Source of the DNA: Callorhinchus milii
Lineage: Eukaryota
Direction of reading: 5' to 3'
Length of the DNA: 64,000 bases
NCBI RefSeq assembly: GCF_018977255.1
Contig: NW_024704742.1
Coordinates: 123,320,001 to 123,384,000, forward strand
The translations under genes and the position numbers were made by a program. Of the stretch, positions 62,132 through 64,000 are shown in pieces. Numbering within the stretch: the first letter of the stretch is position 1; the number at the start of each line of letters is the position of its first letter. Under the pieces are notes generated by a model, which was given only the letters and a program-made list of their open reading frames with translations, had not been told where the DNA came from and searched no databases.

Positions 62132-62680
62132 TATCATAGAATATGACAGCAAAGAAGGAGGCCATTCGGCCCATTGTGCCTGTGCCGGTACTTTGGAAGA
62201 CCTACCCAATCAGTCCCACTCGCCCACTCTTTCCCCATACACCTGTAAATGTTTCCTTTTCAAGTACTTATCTATACCCTTTTAAAAGCTGTTATTGAAT
62301 CTGTTTCCACCACCCTTTCAGGCAGTGCATTCCAAACCGTAACAACTTTCTGTGTAAAAACAAATTTCCTCATCTCCCTTCTGGTTCTTTTGCCAATTAT
62401 CTTAAATCTGTGTCTCCTGGTTACCAACCCACCGACCAGTGGAAACAGTTTCTCCCTATCTTCTCTATCAAACCCTTCATAATTTTGAACACCTCTGTTA
62501 AATCTCCCTTAACCTTCTCTGTTCCAAGAAGAACAATCCCAGTTTCTTTAGTCTCTCCACATAATTAAAATTCTTCATCCTTTTACTATTCTGGAAAATC
62601 TCCTCTGCAACCTCTCCAAGACCTTGATATCTTTCCTAAAGTGTGGTGCCCAGAATTGGACACAATACTCCAGTTATAGG
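62132..62680 (-). mobile_element. CR1 3' fragment nested in an AmnSINE2-like SINE (62085-62935)
   Basis: CATAGAAT..ACAGCA.AGAAGGAGGCCATTCGGCCCA tail; [15 protein letters not shown] on the minus strand. Confidence 0.8.
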
Positions 62681-64000
62681 GGAGCAAAGCATCTGAGCCC
62701 AATCCTGTCACCCACACTTTCACTTTACTGGTTTGTCACTGGACAGTTATCGGAAATAGGAAGGGAAACATTGCTGTGTTAACCTCATTAACCCAGGGAT
62801 ATTGAGGTCAATTGGAGCATCTGTGCAACAACCTGAATGAGAGATCAGCTTCGTCTTCACAGCCTGCTATTAAGTCTTGATTTTCCAGGCTCATTTTTCT
62901 GCTGAGCAGTGACTTTATCAATTCAGCCATCAGGAAGTAGCTAATGGCTGTATTGATTTGTACCGTCTCTGATACGCAACGTTAGGTTTGATTATCACCT
63001 CGTATTATACAATCGGCTGATTTCCACAAACAGACAGTAGTATCACAACTGATTTTGTTTCCAGTTTGTCATCAACCAGAAGTTTCTCCAGTAAAACAAG
63101 TCCCCCTGTGGGGACATTTACACTACTATGACTGTGCTTATGTAATCTGCCAACGTCCACTGTCTAAGTTCTCAGATGATGACTGACCACTTTGATGAGA
63201 TGGTGGACGCTGTTCATTTTGTGGCTTCGAGCAGAGGAGGAGGCAAACAAAGAGAAGAATAAATTCAGTGCCTTGTGATGAAAGAAATTCTCCCCACTCC
63301 ATCTCCTGAAGCCTCTGCTCGGCTGGCTCCAGCCTCCAGCTTGTCCCTCATCCCCTTCACTCCACCATCAGCAGCTTTTGCCCCTAAATTTTGGAACTCT
63401 CTCCCCAATCTCTTTGTCTTTCCCCTTCTTTAACCATTTTCAGATCATGCCTGAAGACCTTACGTTTCAACCGTACGTACGGTCACCTCAGCTCAGCATC
63501 AGACTTCACCACTGTTAAGTGCTTCAAGATGCTACGCCGTGTGAACTGTGCTATTACAATACAATATGATATGATATAATAATATAAGGTTCCAAAGCAC
63601 TATTCAGAAAGAGAAGGGAATTTCTTTCAGTGTCCAAGCCAACGATCTTCCAGTGCGTTATTCTCATCCTCGCTATGTATGGGACGTGGCTGATGCAAAT
63701 GGCTACACATTTAGCCCACAGTTGCTGAAGTTTACAGTAATTACTTGTGAAGCACTTTGAGCAGTTTCAACATGAGAAGTTGCAATGAAAATGCAAGCTC
63801 TTTCTTTTGTAATATGGCAGAGAGTTACTTTTACTTTATTTTTCAGTGTCTATCGGAATCATGCCAGCAATAATACTGGTAATACTGTCGACATGCTTTC
63901 AGCTCAGTGTGTGTCATGAGGGGGGTAAGTACAATTTCAATGAAATGTGACACTTCTGACCTTGTAAGCATCCTTACTTTGTAAACAAATGCCTGCGGAT

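Noticed and set aside
1..64000. CRISPR array, prokaryotic operon or endogenous virus
   Set aside because: No regularly spaced repeats, operon-like ORFs or viral motifs; the long ORFs are IL6ST exons, LINE-derived, or have no recognisable motif.

Overview
Vertebrate genomic DNA, AT-rich and intron-containing. The TE content (L2/CR1 LINEs, DeuSINE-type SINEs, Penelope-type fragment) suggests a cartilaginous fish, possibly a holocephalan (inference). Bases 607-24655 (+) hold all 15 coding exons of IL6ST/gp130. I spliced them by eye with consistent GT-AG phases into 915 aa (923 aa with an alternative donor): signal peptide, Ig domain, cytokine-binding module with WSDWS, three FNIII domains, TM, Box1/Box2, YSTV and four YxxQ motifs. 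A probable long 3' UTR follows. No other host gene was recognised in 29-64 kb, which is TE-rich. Main observations: a Pro-to-Ala change in Box1; three young L2 copies sharing one RT-breaking 1-nt deletion; a LINE/SINE 3' stem-loop with a compensatory base-pair change; a decayed minimal hammerhead ribozyme in a TSD-flanked Penelope-like insert; an unclassified ~500 bp repeat with LF-SINE-like motifs; a pogo/Tigger-type MITE pair; and several strong hairpins. TE family names come from recalled consensus motifs, not database searches. TE boundaries are approximate.
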